DNA of 64,000 bases from Candidatus Caccovivens sp. (GCA_051888935.1 JBJFCL010000039.1:9896-73895); one strand, 5' to 3'; positions 8,822 through 17,293 are shown, counted from the first letter of the stretch. Made by a program: numbers and translations. The notes: generated by a model from the letters alone, not told the origin.

Positions 8822-10810
8822 ATGACAAAACCTATCAATGTGGAAGCGTACAAACGCATTCACGAAAATAGTCAATTAGCATTTTGCATTATTGAGGTTA
8901 TGAAAAATCAAGACAGGATTTTTGATTTTTCTTTTATTTATGCAAATCCGGCACTCTCAAAACTTTGTAATGTCTCTTTAACCCAACTTTATGAAAAACC
9001 ATTTTACCAACTTTTTCCCGATTTTGACGTCAGCATATTAAACGCCATAATAAAATCGCTGGACAATATGAAAACCGAAGATGTGCAAATGGTAATAGAT
9101 GATTCTGAAAAACTATTGCACGCCATTGTCTATCCTATTCATGATAACATATGCTCTTTGATTATTTTGGACTATTCTGAATATAACTACAAGATAAAAG
9201 AAAATCAATTTTTACAAGACACGCTCAAAGAAGTTCGTCAAGCAAATCATGTTTTTACAAAGATTGAAAAACTGTTCGGTCGTTTTGTGTTGTTGGATTT
9301 TGAAAAAGGGACATATCAATTTTTGGGAAATATTGCTCCATATCAAAACCGTATTTCGCCAAGTGGTAAATACAATAATTTTATTAAACAAATAACACAT
9401 ATGTTGATTGAGGACAAAGAACATATCTACGATATATTACAAAAAGAATTTTTAACAAAATATTTTGACAATGAAAATAAGATTATTTCTTTTATTGTTC
9501 ATATACAAAGAGATGGCGAAAAATACGAAAATTGCAGTATACTACCACTTAAATTTAATGGAACGACTTGCTGTCAAGCAATTCTCACTCAGCAAGATAT
9601 TACCAGCATCATAAAAGAAAGAGAAAAAAATGAAATTATTTTAAGCGAAGCGGTCAAAAGTGCAAAATTGGCAAATGAAGCAAAGTCAGTTTTTCTTTCA
9701 AATATATCGCATGACTTACGAACCCCTCTAAACACCATACTTGGAATGTCTTCCATAGCACAAATGAACATTGATGATAAAGCATCTGTGCTTGCTTGTC
9801 TAGACAAAATCAATATTGCTGGAAATCACCTTCTTCAAATCATAAATCAAATTTTGGATATGGCAAAAATTGAAAAAGGGAAAATGGTGTTGGACAACGC
9901 GCTTTTTTCAATAAAAGATTGTTTGGAGGAAGTTATTTCCATTGTTTCTCTAAATTGTAAAACAAAAAATATTTCACTAGAATTTTTGCAAAATTTTTCC
10001 ACGGACAAGGTTTTTGGAGATGCTTTAAAGTTAAAGCGTATGTTGTTAAATTTGTTGGACAATTCCACCAAATATACAAAAGAGAATGGGCATATTTTTT
10101 TTACAATAACTGAAAAACACTCGCAAATTGACAAATATTCTTGTTTCCAATTTATTATTGAAGACGATGGTATTGGTATGGAGCAAGACTTTGTTAAACA
10201 CATTTTTGAACCATTTGCAAGAGCAAAAAATGATTATTCACCAATAACCGATGGAGCAGGTTTGGGAATGTCAATTGCTCAAAACACTGCACATTTAATG
10301 AAGGGAGATATTGAAGTTGACTCTCAAATTGGAGAAGGAACAAAAATAACTGCCACAGTATATTTACAAAAACAAATGTATGACGACAAATTGATAGAAA
10401 ATAAGAAAGAAACAGATTCTGAAACGAGTATGACTCCAAAAAGAATACTTTTGGTCGAAGACAATGATTTAAACATTGAAGTGGCAAAAACGCTATTTGA
10501 AAGTTTGGGACACAGTGTAATTACTTGCAAAAACGGACAAGAGGCAATAGATGCACTTTTAAAACAAAGCGAAGATTATTATGATATCATTTTTATGGAC
10601 ATTCGAATGCCAGTCATGGACGGTTATCAAACCTCCAACACAATACGAAATCTTTCAATAAAAAATGCAAAAACAATTCCGATTGTTGCAATGACCGCAG
10701 ATGCTTTCGTTGAGAATATTCATCTTGCCAAGAAATCAGGAATGAATGATTTTTTGCCAAAACCAATTTCAATCAATGAAATAAAAAGAATCTTAAAAAA
10801 ATATTTATAA
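8822..10810 (+). CDS. soluble hybrid sensor histidine kinase (PAS-HisKA-HATPase-REC)
   Basis: ATG at 8822 after GGAAGGGG; the ORF-track TTG at 8783 is probably too far upstream. H-box SHDLRTPLN, N-box LLDNSTKYT, G-boxes DDGIGM and GAGLGMSIA. C-terminal receiver with LLVEDNDLN, FMDIRMPVMDG, VAMTADA and PKPI. No TM segment. Confidence 0.85.
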   Translation: MTKPINVEAYKRIHENSQLAFCIIEVMKNQDRIFDFSFIYANPALSKLCNVSLTQLYEKPFYQLFPDFDVSILNAIIKSLDNMKTEDVQMVIDDSEKLLHAIVYPIHDNICSLIILDYSEYNYKIKENQFLQDTLKEVRQANHVFTKIEKLFGRFVLLDFEKGTYQFLGNIAPYQNRISPSGKYNNFIKQITHMLIEDKEHIYDILQKEFLTKYFDNENKIISFIVHIQRDGEKYENCSILPLKFNGTTCCQAILTQQDITSIIKEREKNEIILSEAVKSAKLANEAKSVFLSNISHDLRTPLNTILGMSSIAQMNIDDKASVLACLDKINIAGNHLLQIINQILDMAKIEKGKMVLDNALFSIKDCLEEVISIVSLNCKTKNISLEFLQNFSTDKVFGDALKLKRMLLNLLDNSTKYTKENGHIFFTITEKHSQIDKYSCFQFIIEDDGIGMEQDFVKHIFEPFARAKNDYSPITDGAGLGMSIAQNTAHLMKGDIEVDSQIGEGTKITATVYLQKQMYDDKLIENKKETDSETSMTPKRILLVEDNDLNIEVAKTLFESLGHSVITCKNGQEAIDALLKQSEDYYDIIFMDIRMPVMDGYQTSNTIRNLSIKNAKTIPIVAMTADAFVENIHLAKKSGMNDFLPKPISINEIKRILKKYL

Positions 10811-10818
10811 TGACAAAA

Positions 10819-10835
10819 ATCGACATATCTCGACA
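10819..10835 (+). promoter_or_regulatory. two tandem 0A-box-like motifs upstream of spo0A
   Basis: ATCGACA (10819-10825) and CTCGACA (10829-10835) each match 6 of 7 positions of TTCGACA, the complement of the TGTCGAA 0A box. Their starts are 10 nt apart, about 50 nt upstream of the putative -10. Confidence 0.35.
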
Positions 10836-10877
10836 CTATAAACAATCAAAACTTGTTGGAACATCATATTGAGAGTG

Positions 10878-10886
10878 TGATATAAT
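10878..10886 (+). promoter_or_regulatory. extended -10 element upstream of spo0A
   Basis: TGATATAAT (TGn + TATAAT at 10881-10886), 27 nt upstream of the spo0A start. No good -35 was found. Confidence 0.35.
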
Positions 10887-10912
10887 AGATTGTATCTTTA
10901 AAGGAGCAAAAG

Positions 10913-11698
10913 TTGAAACCGAAGATAAAAGTTGTTATTATTGAAGATAACGCTATCATAACTCAGATGCTTAATGACTTAATCAGTGAACGCGAGGATA
11001 TTGAAATTGTAGAAACTTGCACAAATGGAGTTGACGGAATGACTGCCATAGACAAACATAATCCCGATGTTGTCATTTTGGATATTATAATGCCAGAGTG
11101 TGATGGTTTTACTGTCATTAAAACAGAAAAACTGAAACACCCTGAGTGCAAATTTATTGTTTTAAGTAGCCTCAACCAAGATACATTTGTTACAAAAGCG
11201 TTAGAAGTTGGTGCATCTTATTACATTATGAAGCCTTTTCAAAAGTCTACTTTAATAGAAAGAATATATGATGTTTGCAAGGCCAAAGATGAATCAACGG
11301 AATTTCAAAATTTTACTCAAAAATCTATCTCGTGTGAAGAAAGAGAACAAAAATTGTTAAATATAAAACTCTCAACTATGCTGATGAGTGTTGGCATTCC
11401 TGCAAATGCACAAGGCTATCAATATTTGCGTTCTGCAATCATTTTGGTTTTTCAACACCCAGACTATACAAATTCAATAACTAAACAAGTTTATCCAATC
11501 GTGGCAAAACAATACAATACGACTCCTGCTAGTGTTGAGCGTTCCATAAGACATGCAATTGAAATTGCTTGGAACAGAGGGAAAATAGACAAAATAAATG
11601 GTGTGTTTGGAATCGAATTATTTGGCAAATATGACAGACCCACAAATGGCGAGTTGATAGCACTATTGGCAAATAAGTTATTGCTTGAAAGTGCATAA
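10913..11698 (+). CDS. spo0A: sporulation master response regulator Spo0A
   Basis: TTG start after AAAGGAG. N-terminal receiver (VVIIEDN, VILDIIMPECDG). Diagnostic Spo0A C-terminal domain: GIPANAQGYQYLRSAI, ITKQVYPIVAKQYNTTPASVERSIRHAIEIAWNRG, RPTNGELIALLANKL. Confidence 0.92.
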   Translation: MKPKIKVVIIEDNAIITQMLNDLISEREDIEIVETCTNGVDGMTAIDKHNPDVVILDIIMPECDGFTVIKTEKLKHPECKFIVLSSLNQDTFVTKALEVGASYYIMKPFQKSTLIERIYDVCKAKDESTEFQNFTQKSISCEEREQKLLNIKLSTMLMSVGIPANAQGYQYLRSAIILVFQHPDYTNSITKQVYPIVAKQYNTTPASVERSIRHAIEIAWNRGKIDKINGVFGIELFGKYDRPTNGELIALLANKLLLESA

Positions 11699-11701
11699 AA
11701 A

Positions 11702-11730
11702 AATCAGGGGACTCCTGATTTTATTTTTTT
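11702..11730. terminator. bidirectional intrinsic terminator
   Basis: AATCAGG-GGACT-CCTGATT hairpin with an A-run before and TTTATTTTTTT after, lying between the convergent spo0A and Hpt genes. Confidence 0.7.
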
Positions 11731-12079
11731 AAGATTCCCAATTAGATTGATGAATTGTTTGGATTATTAAATTGTATTCATCTGTAAGCATTGTCCAACT
11801 TTCTTCATAATTTTTGTGATTCTTTAAGCATGACACAAATTGCTCGGTCAATTCTTTAAGTCTGACAAAGTCCAACACGGCACACACTCCTTTCAAAGTG
11901 TGAGCATCAAAGTTAGCCTTGTCGAGACGTTTGTTTTCAAGGTCTTCTTTCAGCATTTCAAATGTTGGGTCGCTCAAAAATTTAACTATAAATTTTTTTA
12001 CAAACGATTCTTCACCCAACCTATTCAAAATGTTGTTTGCATTGCCACCAACAATGTCATAAAATTCTTCCAGTGTCAC
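11729..12079 (-). CDS. Hpt (histidine phosphotransfer) domain protein
   Basis: 116 aa, all-helical composition. It carries the canonical Hpt motif FDAHTLKGVCAVLDF (HxxKG). Confidence 0.7.
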   Translation of the reverse strand: MTLEEFYDIVGGNANNILNRLGEESFVKKFIVKFLSDPTFEMLKEDLENKRLDKANFDAHTLKGVCAVLDFVRLKELTEQFVSCLKNHKNYEESWTMLTDEYNLIIQTIHQSNWES

Positions 12080-12173
12080 ATTTTACCTCTTTGGTTTTGA
12101 TTATCTCACAAACGATTTTATTTTGTCAAATTTACATTTCAATAAAGGAAAACATCACTTTGTTTACAAATTT

Positions 12174-12202
12174 TTGAAATTGAAATACTTTTGTGCTATA
12201 AT
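12174..12202 (+). promoter_or_regulatory. sigma-A promoter of the isc operon regulator gene
   Basis: TTGAAA (12174-12179), 17-nt spacer, TGcTATAAT with the -10 hexamer at 12197-12202. Confidence 0.55.
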
Positions 12203-12227
12203 AAGAATGTTAAAGCAAAGGAGAGTT

Positions 12228-12647
12228 ATGGAAATTACAGCAAAAGGCAGATATGCAGTTAGAGTTATGGCAGATATAGCCAGATTGGACGGACAATATG
12301 TTTCACTTGCAGATATTGCAAAAAGACAAGACCTTTCACTTAAATACCTTGAAAGGATTGTTTCAATGCTCTCAAAAGCAAATCTTGTGGAAAGTATGCG
12401 AGGAGCAAATGGAGGTTATCGTTTGGCAAAGGAAACAGATCAAATTTCTGTTAAAATGATTTTGGACGCAACAGGTGACAGCATAAAGATTGCTACTTGT
12501 GTGCATGGAAAAGACTGCCCCAAAGCCGACAAATGTGACACCATTGGAGTTTGGAACACTCTCAATCATCTCATTTGCGATTATTTGTCCAGCGTTTCGC
12601 TCAAAGATTTATTGAGTCAAACTTGTGAGCGCAAACTTGTAAAGTAG
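12228..12647 (+). CDS. Rrf2-family transcriptional regulator (IscR/CymR-like)
   Basis: ATG at 12228 after AAAGGAGAG; the ORF-track start at 12123 is an upstream extension. The protein begins MEITAKGRYAVRVMADIA... and has three Cys near the C-terminus (CVHGKDCPKADKC), consistent with Fe-S ligation. Confidence 0.85.
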   Translation: MEITAKGRYAVRVMADIARLDGQYVSLADIAKRQDLSLKYLERIVSMLSKANLVESMRGANGGYRLAKETDQISVKMILDATGDSIKIATCVHGKDCPKADKCDTIGVWNTLNHLICDYLSSVSLKDLLSQTCERKLVK

Positions 12648-12667
12648 TTAAAATTTTGATTAAAAAG

Positions 12668-12698
12668 TGTTGACATAGTCAACATTTATATTTATAAT
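12668..12698 (+). promoter_or_regulatory. iscS promoter overlapped by a perfect palindrome (candidate Rrf2 operator)
   Basis: TGTTGAC-ATA-GTCAACA (12668-12684) has 7-bp arms and embeds the -35 TTGACA (12670-12675). A 17-nt spacer separates it from TATAAT (12693-12698). Confidence 0.6.
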
Positions 12699-12705
12699 AA
12701 ATTCA

Positions 12706-12718
12706 TACCAATTTGGTA
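12706..12718 (+). promoter_or_regulatory. second palindrome downstream of the iscS -10
   Basis: TACCAA-T-TTGGTA, a perfect 6-bp-arm inverted repeat between the -10 and the RBS. Confidence 0.4.
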
Positions 12719-12740
12719 GGAATTAATAAGGAGAATTTTC

Positions 12741-13925
12741 ATGATTTATTTAGATAATGCAGGCACGACAAAGACAAGCAAACTTGCTCTTGATGCCATG
12801 CTCCCATTTTTTGAAGAAACATATGGCAATGCTTCAAGTTTGCACACAATGGGGCAGACAGCCAAAGAGGCACTTGAACACGCACGCGAGGTTGTTGCCA
12901 AAGTTTTAAACGCCAATCCCAGAGAAATTTATTTTACATCTGGTGGAAGCGAAAGTGACAATCAAGCAATTGTTTCGGCAAGCATTTTGGGAGAGAGAAA
13001 AAACAAAAAACACATAATAACCAGCGCTTTTGAACACCATGCAGTTTTGCACACTCTTGAAAAATTGGAAAAACAAGGTTTTGAAGTGACAAAATTGCCA
13101 GTTTACGAAGATGGCATTGTGAGAGTTGATGACCTAAGAAAAGCGATTCGACCTGACACTTGCTTGGTGACAATCATGTTTGCAAACAATGAAATTGGCA
13201 CAATTCAGCCAATTAAGGAAATTGGACAAGTTTGTCGAGAACATGGCATCATTTTCCACACCGACGCGGTTCAAGCAGTGGGGCATGTTCCAGTTGATGT
13301 CAAGGATATGAATATTGATATGCTAAGTCTTTCTGGGCACAAATTCCATGGACCGAAAGGTGTTGGGGCATTGTATTGCAGACAAGGAGTTCTTTTGAAC
13401 ACCTTTATTGAAGGCGGAGCACAAGAGCGTGGAAAGAGAGCTGGAACAGAAAATGTTGCGGGTATTGTTGGAATGACCGTGGCATTGGAAGATGCTTGCA
13501 ATCATATGGACGAGGTGGCAAAGCACGAGCAAAAACTCCGTGACAAATTGATTGACGAACTTTCAAAAATTCCTCATAGTATCTTGAATGGTAGCAGAGA
13601 ACATCGCCTCCCGAATAATTTTAACATGTGCTTTGAAGGAATTGAGGGAGAAAGCTTGTTGCTTCTGTTGGATGACAAGGGAATTTGTGCATCCTCAGGC
13701 AGTGCTTGCACTTCTGGTTCGCTGGACCCATCGCATGTGCTTCTTGCAATTGGAAGAGTACACGATGTGGCACACGGCTCGCTTAGATTGACATTATCAA
13801 AATACAACACAATGGAAGAGATAGACAAAGTAATTGAAGAAGTTCCAAAGGTGGTGGCGTATTTGCGTGAGATTTCACCTGTTTGGGACGAACTTGAAAA
13901 AGGAGAAAGAGAACATGTTATATAG
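12741..13925 (+). CDS. iscS: cysteine desulfurase (NifS/IscS type)
   Basis: 394 aa. PLP-lysine motif [12 protein letters not shown] and catalytic-Cys loop [17 protein letters not shown]. The start is 8 nt after AAGGAGAA. Confidence 0.9.
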   Translation: MIYLDNAGTTKTSKLALDAMLPFFEETYGNASSLHTMGQTAKEALEHAREVVAKVLNANPREIYFTSGGSESDNQAIVSASILGERKNKKHIITSAFEHHAVLHTLEKLEKQGFEVTKLPVYEDGIVRVDDLRKAIRPDTCLVTIMFANNEIGTIQPIKEIGQVCREHGIIFHTDAVQAVGHVPVDVKDMNIDMLSLSGHKFHGPKGVGALYCRQGVLLNTFIEGGAQERGKRAGTENVAGIVGMTVALEDACNHMDEVAKHEQKLRDKLIDELSKIPHSILNGSREHRLPNNFNMCFEGIEGESLLLLLDDKGICASSGSACTSGSLDPSHVLLAIGRVHDVAHGSLRLTLSKYNTMEEIDKVIEEVPKVVAYLREISPVWDELEKGEREHVI

Positions 13926-14355
13926 TGAAAAAGTTATGGACCATTTCAGAAACCCTCGAAATGTTGGGAAAATGGACGATGCTGACGGCATTGGAGAAGT
14001 TGGAAACGCAAAATGCGGAGATATAATGAGAATGTATATCAAAGTGAAAGATGGCATAATCACAGATGTCAAGTTCATCACATTTGGCTGTGGAAGTGCA
14101 ATAGCCACCAGCAGTATGGCAACAGAACTGATTAAAGGAAAACCTGTTGAACAAGCACTTGAACTCACAAACAAAGCGGTTGTTGAAGCTTTGGACGGAC
14201 TTCCAGCATACAAACTTCATTGTTCTGTTTTGGCAGAAGAAGCGGTTAAGGCAGCGGTAAAAGATTATTATCAAAAAAACAACATTCCTTTTGATGAATC
14301 AAAATATTGTGCTGGCGATTGCCCTTGTGCACACGAACATGATGTGAGGGAATAA
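13915..14355 (+). CDS. iscU: Fe-S cluster scaffold protein IscU/NifU
   Basis: ATG at 13915 after AAAGGAGAAAGAG, overlapping the iscS stop by 11 nt. The sequence [18 protein letters not shown]...GNAKCGDIM...[11 protein letters not shown]...HCS carries the three conserved Cys. Confidence 0.9.
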   Translation: MLYSEKVMDHFRNPRNVGKMDDADGIGEVGNAKCGDIMRMYIKVKDGIITDVKFITFGCGSAIATSSMATELIKGKPVEQALELTNKAVVEALDGLPAYKLHCSVLAEEAVKAAVKDYYQKNNIPFDESKYCAGDCPCAHEHDVRE

Positions 14356-14370
14356 TCATATAAATTTTGT

Positions 14371-14847
14371 ATGATAAAAGAATATGACAGGCAAAAAGCA
14401 GTTGATTATGCACGAGAGTGGGCACTTTCGCATAATCCTGCTTTTTATCATTATGCTGGCATTGGTGGAGATTGCACGAATTTCATCTCTCAGTGTCTTC
14501 TTTTTGGAGACGGAGTTATGGATTATTCACAACTTGGTTGGTTTTATCGTTCCGTCAACGACCACTCTGCAAGTTGGACATCGGTCAAATTTTTGAATGA
14601 TTTTTTATTAAGAAAGTCAGGAACAGGACCATTTGCCAGTGTTCAACCTATGAATAATTTGCAAATTGGAGACATTATTCAATTGCGTCAAAATCCGACT
14701 CATTTCAATCACACCGTCATAATTTCCAAAATAGAGAATGGAAATATTTATGTTTGTGCACATTCAAACGACGCACTAGACAAACCTTTGAGTCGATATT
14801 ATTTCAAAGAGTTGAAGGGGTTGCATATCGAAGGAATAAGGTTGTAA
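14371..14847 (+). CDS. putative amidase-domain protein (Amidase_6 / NlpC-P60-like Cys-His)
   Basis: 158 aa. GGDCTNFISQCL provides a candidate catalytic Cys, followed by a later NHTVIIS His motif. Confidence 0.55.
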   Translation: MIKEYDRQKAVDYAREWALSHNPAFYHYAGIGGDCTNFISQCLLFGDGVMDYSQLGWFYRSVNDHSASWTSVKFLNDFLLRKSGTGPFASVQPMNNLQIGDIIQLRQNPTHFNHTVIISKIENGNIYVCAHSNDALDKPLSRYYFKELKGLHIEGIRL

Positions 14848-14950
14848 ATAAAAATCAAAAAAGACTATGCTTTTATTTTTTAATGTGTAAATGCTTGATT
14901 TTTGTCTTTTTTTGTTTTATTATATGTTTATAAACAATTTAGGAGAAATT

Positions 14951-15553
14951 ATGAAAAAAATAAAGCAGTTTTTTAGTGATTTTAAAGCATTCATTTCAAG
15001 AGGAAATGTGATTGACATGGCTGTCGGAGTTATCATAGGTGGTGCTTTTTCTGCCATTGTAACTGCCTTGACAAACAAAATTATTATGCCACTCATCAAT
15101 TTGTTGTTGTCTCTTGCCGGAGGAGCAGGTTTAGAATCTGCTCGTACAATTCTCGGAAACCCTGTCTACAACACACCAGGCGATGTTGCAAGCGGAATTA
15201 ACTGGGCATCAACAATTTATATTGATTGGGGTGCATTTATAACAGCAATAATTGATTTCTTGCTTATTGCATTTGTTCTTTTCACCATATTAAAAGTTAT
15301 GATGAGCGCGCAAGGTCTTTGGAAAAAAGGAATCAAAGAGCGCCCAACAAAAGAAGAAAGAAAGATTTTGAAAGCGGAAGGCGTAAATATGAAGGATTAT
15401 CGCGAAGTTATCGTTAAGACAGCTGAACTTCGTGAGAGAAACAAACCTGCACCACAGCCTCCAAAACCAACACAAGAACAACTTTTGACAGAGATATTGG
15501 CAGAACTTAAAAAACAAAATGAAGAAAAAGAGCACGAAGAAAAACAAGCATAA
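14951..15553 (+). CDS. mscL: large-conductance mechanosensitive channel MscL (long form)
   Basis: ATG at 14951 after TAGGAGAAATT. FKAFISRGNVIDMAVGVIIGGAFSAIVTALTNKIIMPLI is the diagnostic MscL TM1 region. At 200 aa it has a long loop and a Lys/Glu/Pro-rich C-terminal extension. Confidence 0.85.
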   Translation: MKKIKQFFSDFKAFISRGNVIDMAVGVIIGGAFSAIVTALTNKIIMPLINLLLSLAGGAGLESARTILGNPVYNTPGDVASGINWASTIYIDWGAFITAIIDFLLIAFVLFTILKVMMSAQGLWKKGIKERPTKEERKILKAEGVNMKDYREVIVKTAELRERNKPAPQPPKPTQEQLLTEILAELKKQNEEKEHEEKQA

Positions 15554-15583
15554 CGCTTGTTTTTTTTAAACTAAAAAACAAAA

Positions 15584-15617
15584 AAGACACACAAATTCAA
15601 TAATGATTGTGTGTCTT
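15584..15617 (-). terminator. intrinsic terminator downstream of tRNA-Ala
   Basis: AAGACACACAA / TTGTGTGTCTT 11-bp stem with a 12-nt loop. Read on the minus strand it is followed by TTTTTTGTTTTTT. It may also stop mscL read-through. Confidence 0.65.
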
Positions 15618-15626
15618 ATTAAAAAG

Positions 15627-15703
15627 TGGTGGAGATGATGAGATTCGAACTCATGACCCCCTGCTTGCAAGGCAGGTGCTCTAGCCAACTGAGCCACACC
15701 CCC
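15627..15703 (-). tRNA. tRNA-Ala (anticodon UGC), CCA encoded
   Basis: The reverse complement reads GGGGGTGTGGCTCAGTTGGCTAGAGCACCTGCCTTGCAAGCAGGGGGTCATGAGTTCGAATCTCATCATCTCCACCA. The G3:U70 Ala identity pair is present and the anticodon loop is CTTGCAA. Confidence 0.9.
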
Positions 15704-15715
15704 AGATGCTTAAAA

Positions 15716-15744
15716 ATATTACCATATTTTAAACTAGTTGTCAA
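15716..15744 (-). promoter_or_regulatory. sigma-A promoter of tRNA-Ala
   Basis: On the minus strand: TTGACA (15739-15744), 17-nt spacer, TAATAT (15716-15721), 12 nt before the tRNA 5' end. Confidence 0.6.
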
Positions 15745-15767
15745 CAATTTTTGAAAAGATTATAAAA

Positions 15768-15792
15768 AAACTTGCAAATTTTTTGCAAGTTT
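15768..15792 (-). terminator. intrinsic terminator of the PH-domain gene
   Basis: AACTTGCAA / TTGCAAGTT hairpin followed on the minus strand by TTTTTTT. Confidence 0.65.
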
Positions 15793-15811
15793 TCTGTCTT
15801 TTTTAATGATT

Positions 15812-16207
15812 TTAGTCGTCGTGGCCATGGAATTCTGTAAGACGAATATTGTTTGCTTTGCGTTGTTCTTCCATGAGATTTGAGAACAAATCTCTTACAT
15901 AATATGGATTTTTGACATTAACAAGTCTCAAAGTTGGTTTGCTTTCATCGCTACTATACAAAGTCACAGTGCCACAATTAAGCATTTTCCCAAGTAAAGA
16001 CTGATGAAGAGAAATGTCGCAAATTCTATAAACATTGATTTCATCAATAACTGATGACAAGAATCCAATATCACAGAAAAGTTTTACCCAAGAACCTTGT
16101 TTTCTAATCAAGCGATAACGAGTAAAAGAAAGAGGCATACCCAAAAATCTTTTTCTGTCTTTCCAAATTAATTCTGCACCTTCTCCATACTTTCTTTCAA
16201 TATTCAT
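15812..16207 (-). CDS. bacterial PH-domain (bPH_2/YdbS-like) protein
   Basis: 131 aa. The KDRKRFLGMPLSFTRYRLIRK...GTVTLYSSD pattern is typical of bPH_2 proteins. Confidence 0.5.
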   Translation of the reverse strand: MNIERKYGEGAELIWKDRKRFLGMPLSFTRYRLIRKQGSWVKLFCDIGFLSSVIDEINVYRICDISLHQSLLGKMLNCGTVTLYSSDESKPTLRLVNVKNPYYVRDLFSNLMEEQRKANNIRLTEFHGHDD

Positions 16208-16293
16208 GATTAACCTCCAAATCTACTCAGTTCTATTTTACAATAAAAAATAAAAAATGTAAATACTTTTTATAACTTTAAATTAAATAAAAT

Positions 16294-16325
16294 AAAAATT
16301 CCTTGCATAAGTGCAAGGAATTTTT
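16294..16325 (-). terminator. strong intrinsic terminator of the Cys/Gly peptide gene
   Basis: AAAAATTCCTTGCA-TAAG-TGCAAGGAATTTTT, a 14-bp stem, lying 15 nt past the stop at 16340. Confidence 0.75.
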
Positions 16326-16339
16326 GCTTTTAAGTGTGA

Positions 16340-16546
16340 TTATTTGCAACCACAACCGCAGTTTGAAAGCAAAATCAAGAACAGAAGAGTTCCACAGTCA
16401 ATGCAGATTTCTCCACCTTTCATATTGCCGAATCCACAACCACAGTTTTGTAAGAGCAAAAGTAAGAAGATGAGTGAGCAGCAGTCGAAACCGCCGTTGC
16501 AATCTCTACCTACATCACCACAATTTGAGCCTCCGAAAAAGTTCAT
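16340..16546 (-). CDS. tandem-duplicated YjcZ-like Cys/Gly-rich tiny-TM peptide
   Basis: 68 aa with TAGGAGG 6 nt upstream of the ATG. Sequence: MNFFGGSNCGDVGRDCNGGFDCCSLIFLLLLLQNCGCGFGNMKGGEICIDCGTLLFLILLSNCGCGCK. It has two hydrophobic cores, each followed by NCGCG, and many Cys throughout. Confidence 0.6.
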   Translation of the reverse strand: MNFFGGSNCGDVGRDCNGGFDCCSLIFLLLLLQNCGCGFGNMKGGEICIDCGTLLFLILLSNCGCGCK

Positions 16547-16704
16547 TTGTGCCTCCTAAAAATTCTTATGTACGACTTTTATTATGCAAATTGCTTGCAC
16601 ATTAACAACATATTAAAAAATACAAAAAAATGTTAAAGAATAAATTTAATAATTTTGAACAAACTACCTTTAAAGAGGGTAACCTCAAAATTAAGGGAGG
16701 ATTT

Positions 16705-17232
16705 ATGAAGAAAAAATTTTTAAGTGTTGTTGCTGGCATTGTTGTTGCAATTGTTGGAGGAATTGCTTTGTCAGCCTGTGGACAGATGAGCAATGATTTC
16801 ATCACAAAGGCAGGGAGTGTCGAACTTGGAGGCGTAAATTTTTCCAATTCTGCAAATTTAAGCATTGACTATTGTGGCGAAAACAAATATCAAGCAAATG
16901 GAGATGTATCTGTTATGAGTGCCACACAAGCAGATGCGTTTTGGGCAGGAACTGCCAAAGAAGGTGATAATTATATCATTTTAAGCGTCAAATTCAATGT
17001 TGGTAGCACCATAGTTTATGGTTTTGATGTTGAAGGTGCAAATTTTGAAAATCCTGATGGCACAACTGTAAAGAGATACACCAACAACACAGAAAACAAT
17101 GACACTCTTGAAATCATTTTGAGAGTAAATTCAGAGAAAGAAACGTTCAAAGTTGTTGACACAGAAAAAGATGCTGACGCTGTGACTTATACTGTTGATA
17201 TGTCAAAACTTAATTACAAAACACAAGGTTAA
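16705..17232 (+). CDS. lipoprotein, unknown function
   Basis: ATG at 16705 after AAGGGAGGA. Signal peptide with lipobox: MKKKFLSVVAGIVVAIVGGIALSAC. Confidence 0.7.
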   Translation: MKKKFLSVVAGIVVAIVGGIALSACGQMSNDFITKAGSVELGGVNFSNSANLSIDYCGENKYQANGDVSVMSATQADAFWAGTAKEGDNYIILSVKFNVGSTIVYGFDVEGANFENPDGTTVKRYTNNTENNDTLEIILRVNSEKETFKVVDTEKDADAVTYTVDMSKLNYKTQG

Positions 17233-17241
17233 ACAAACTAA

Positions 17242-17270
17242 AAAACTGGCAAACTCTTGCCAGTTTTTTT
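17242..17270. terminator. bidirectional intrinsic terminator
   Basis: AAAACTGGCAA-ACTC-TTGCCAGTTTT with flanking A and T runs, lying between convergent genes. Confidence 0.75.
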
Positions 17271-17293
17271 ATTCTAAAATCAACAATCTTGAT

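Noticed and set aside
12123-14355. ORF-track N-terminal extensions (12123 for the Rrf2 gene, 13834 for iscU). The same applies to 8783, 14891, 16630, 19034, 19848, 32794, 50913 and 53809.
   Set aside because: Internal ATGs with good Shine-Dalgarno spacing give N-termini that match the family consensus (for example [32 protein letters not shown]). The extensions overlap upstream genes or promoters.
16311-16559. 82-aa plus-strand ORF rich in PQPQF repeats
   Set aside because: It is the antisense mirror of the Cys/Gly peptide gene, since GCA/ACA codons read backwards give Q/P-rich text. It has no RBS. The minus-strand ORF has TAGGAGG at ideal spacing and a strong terminator.
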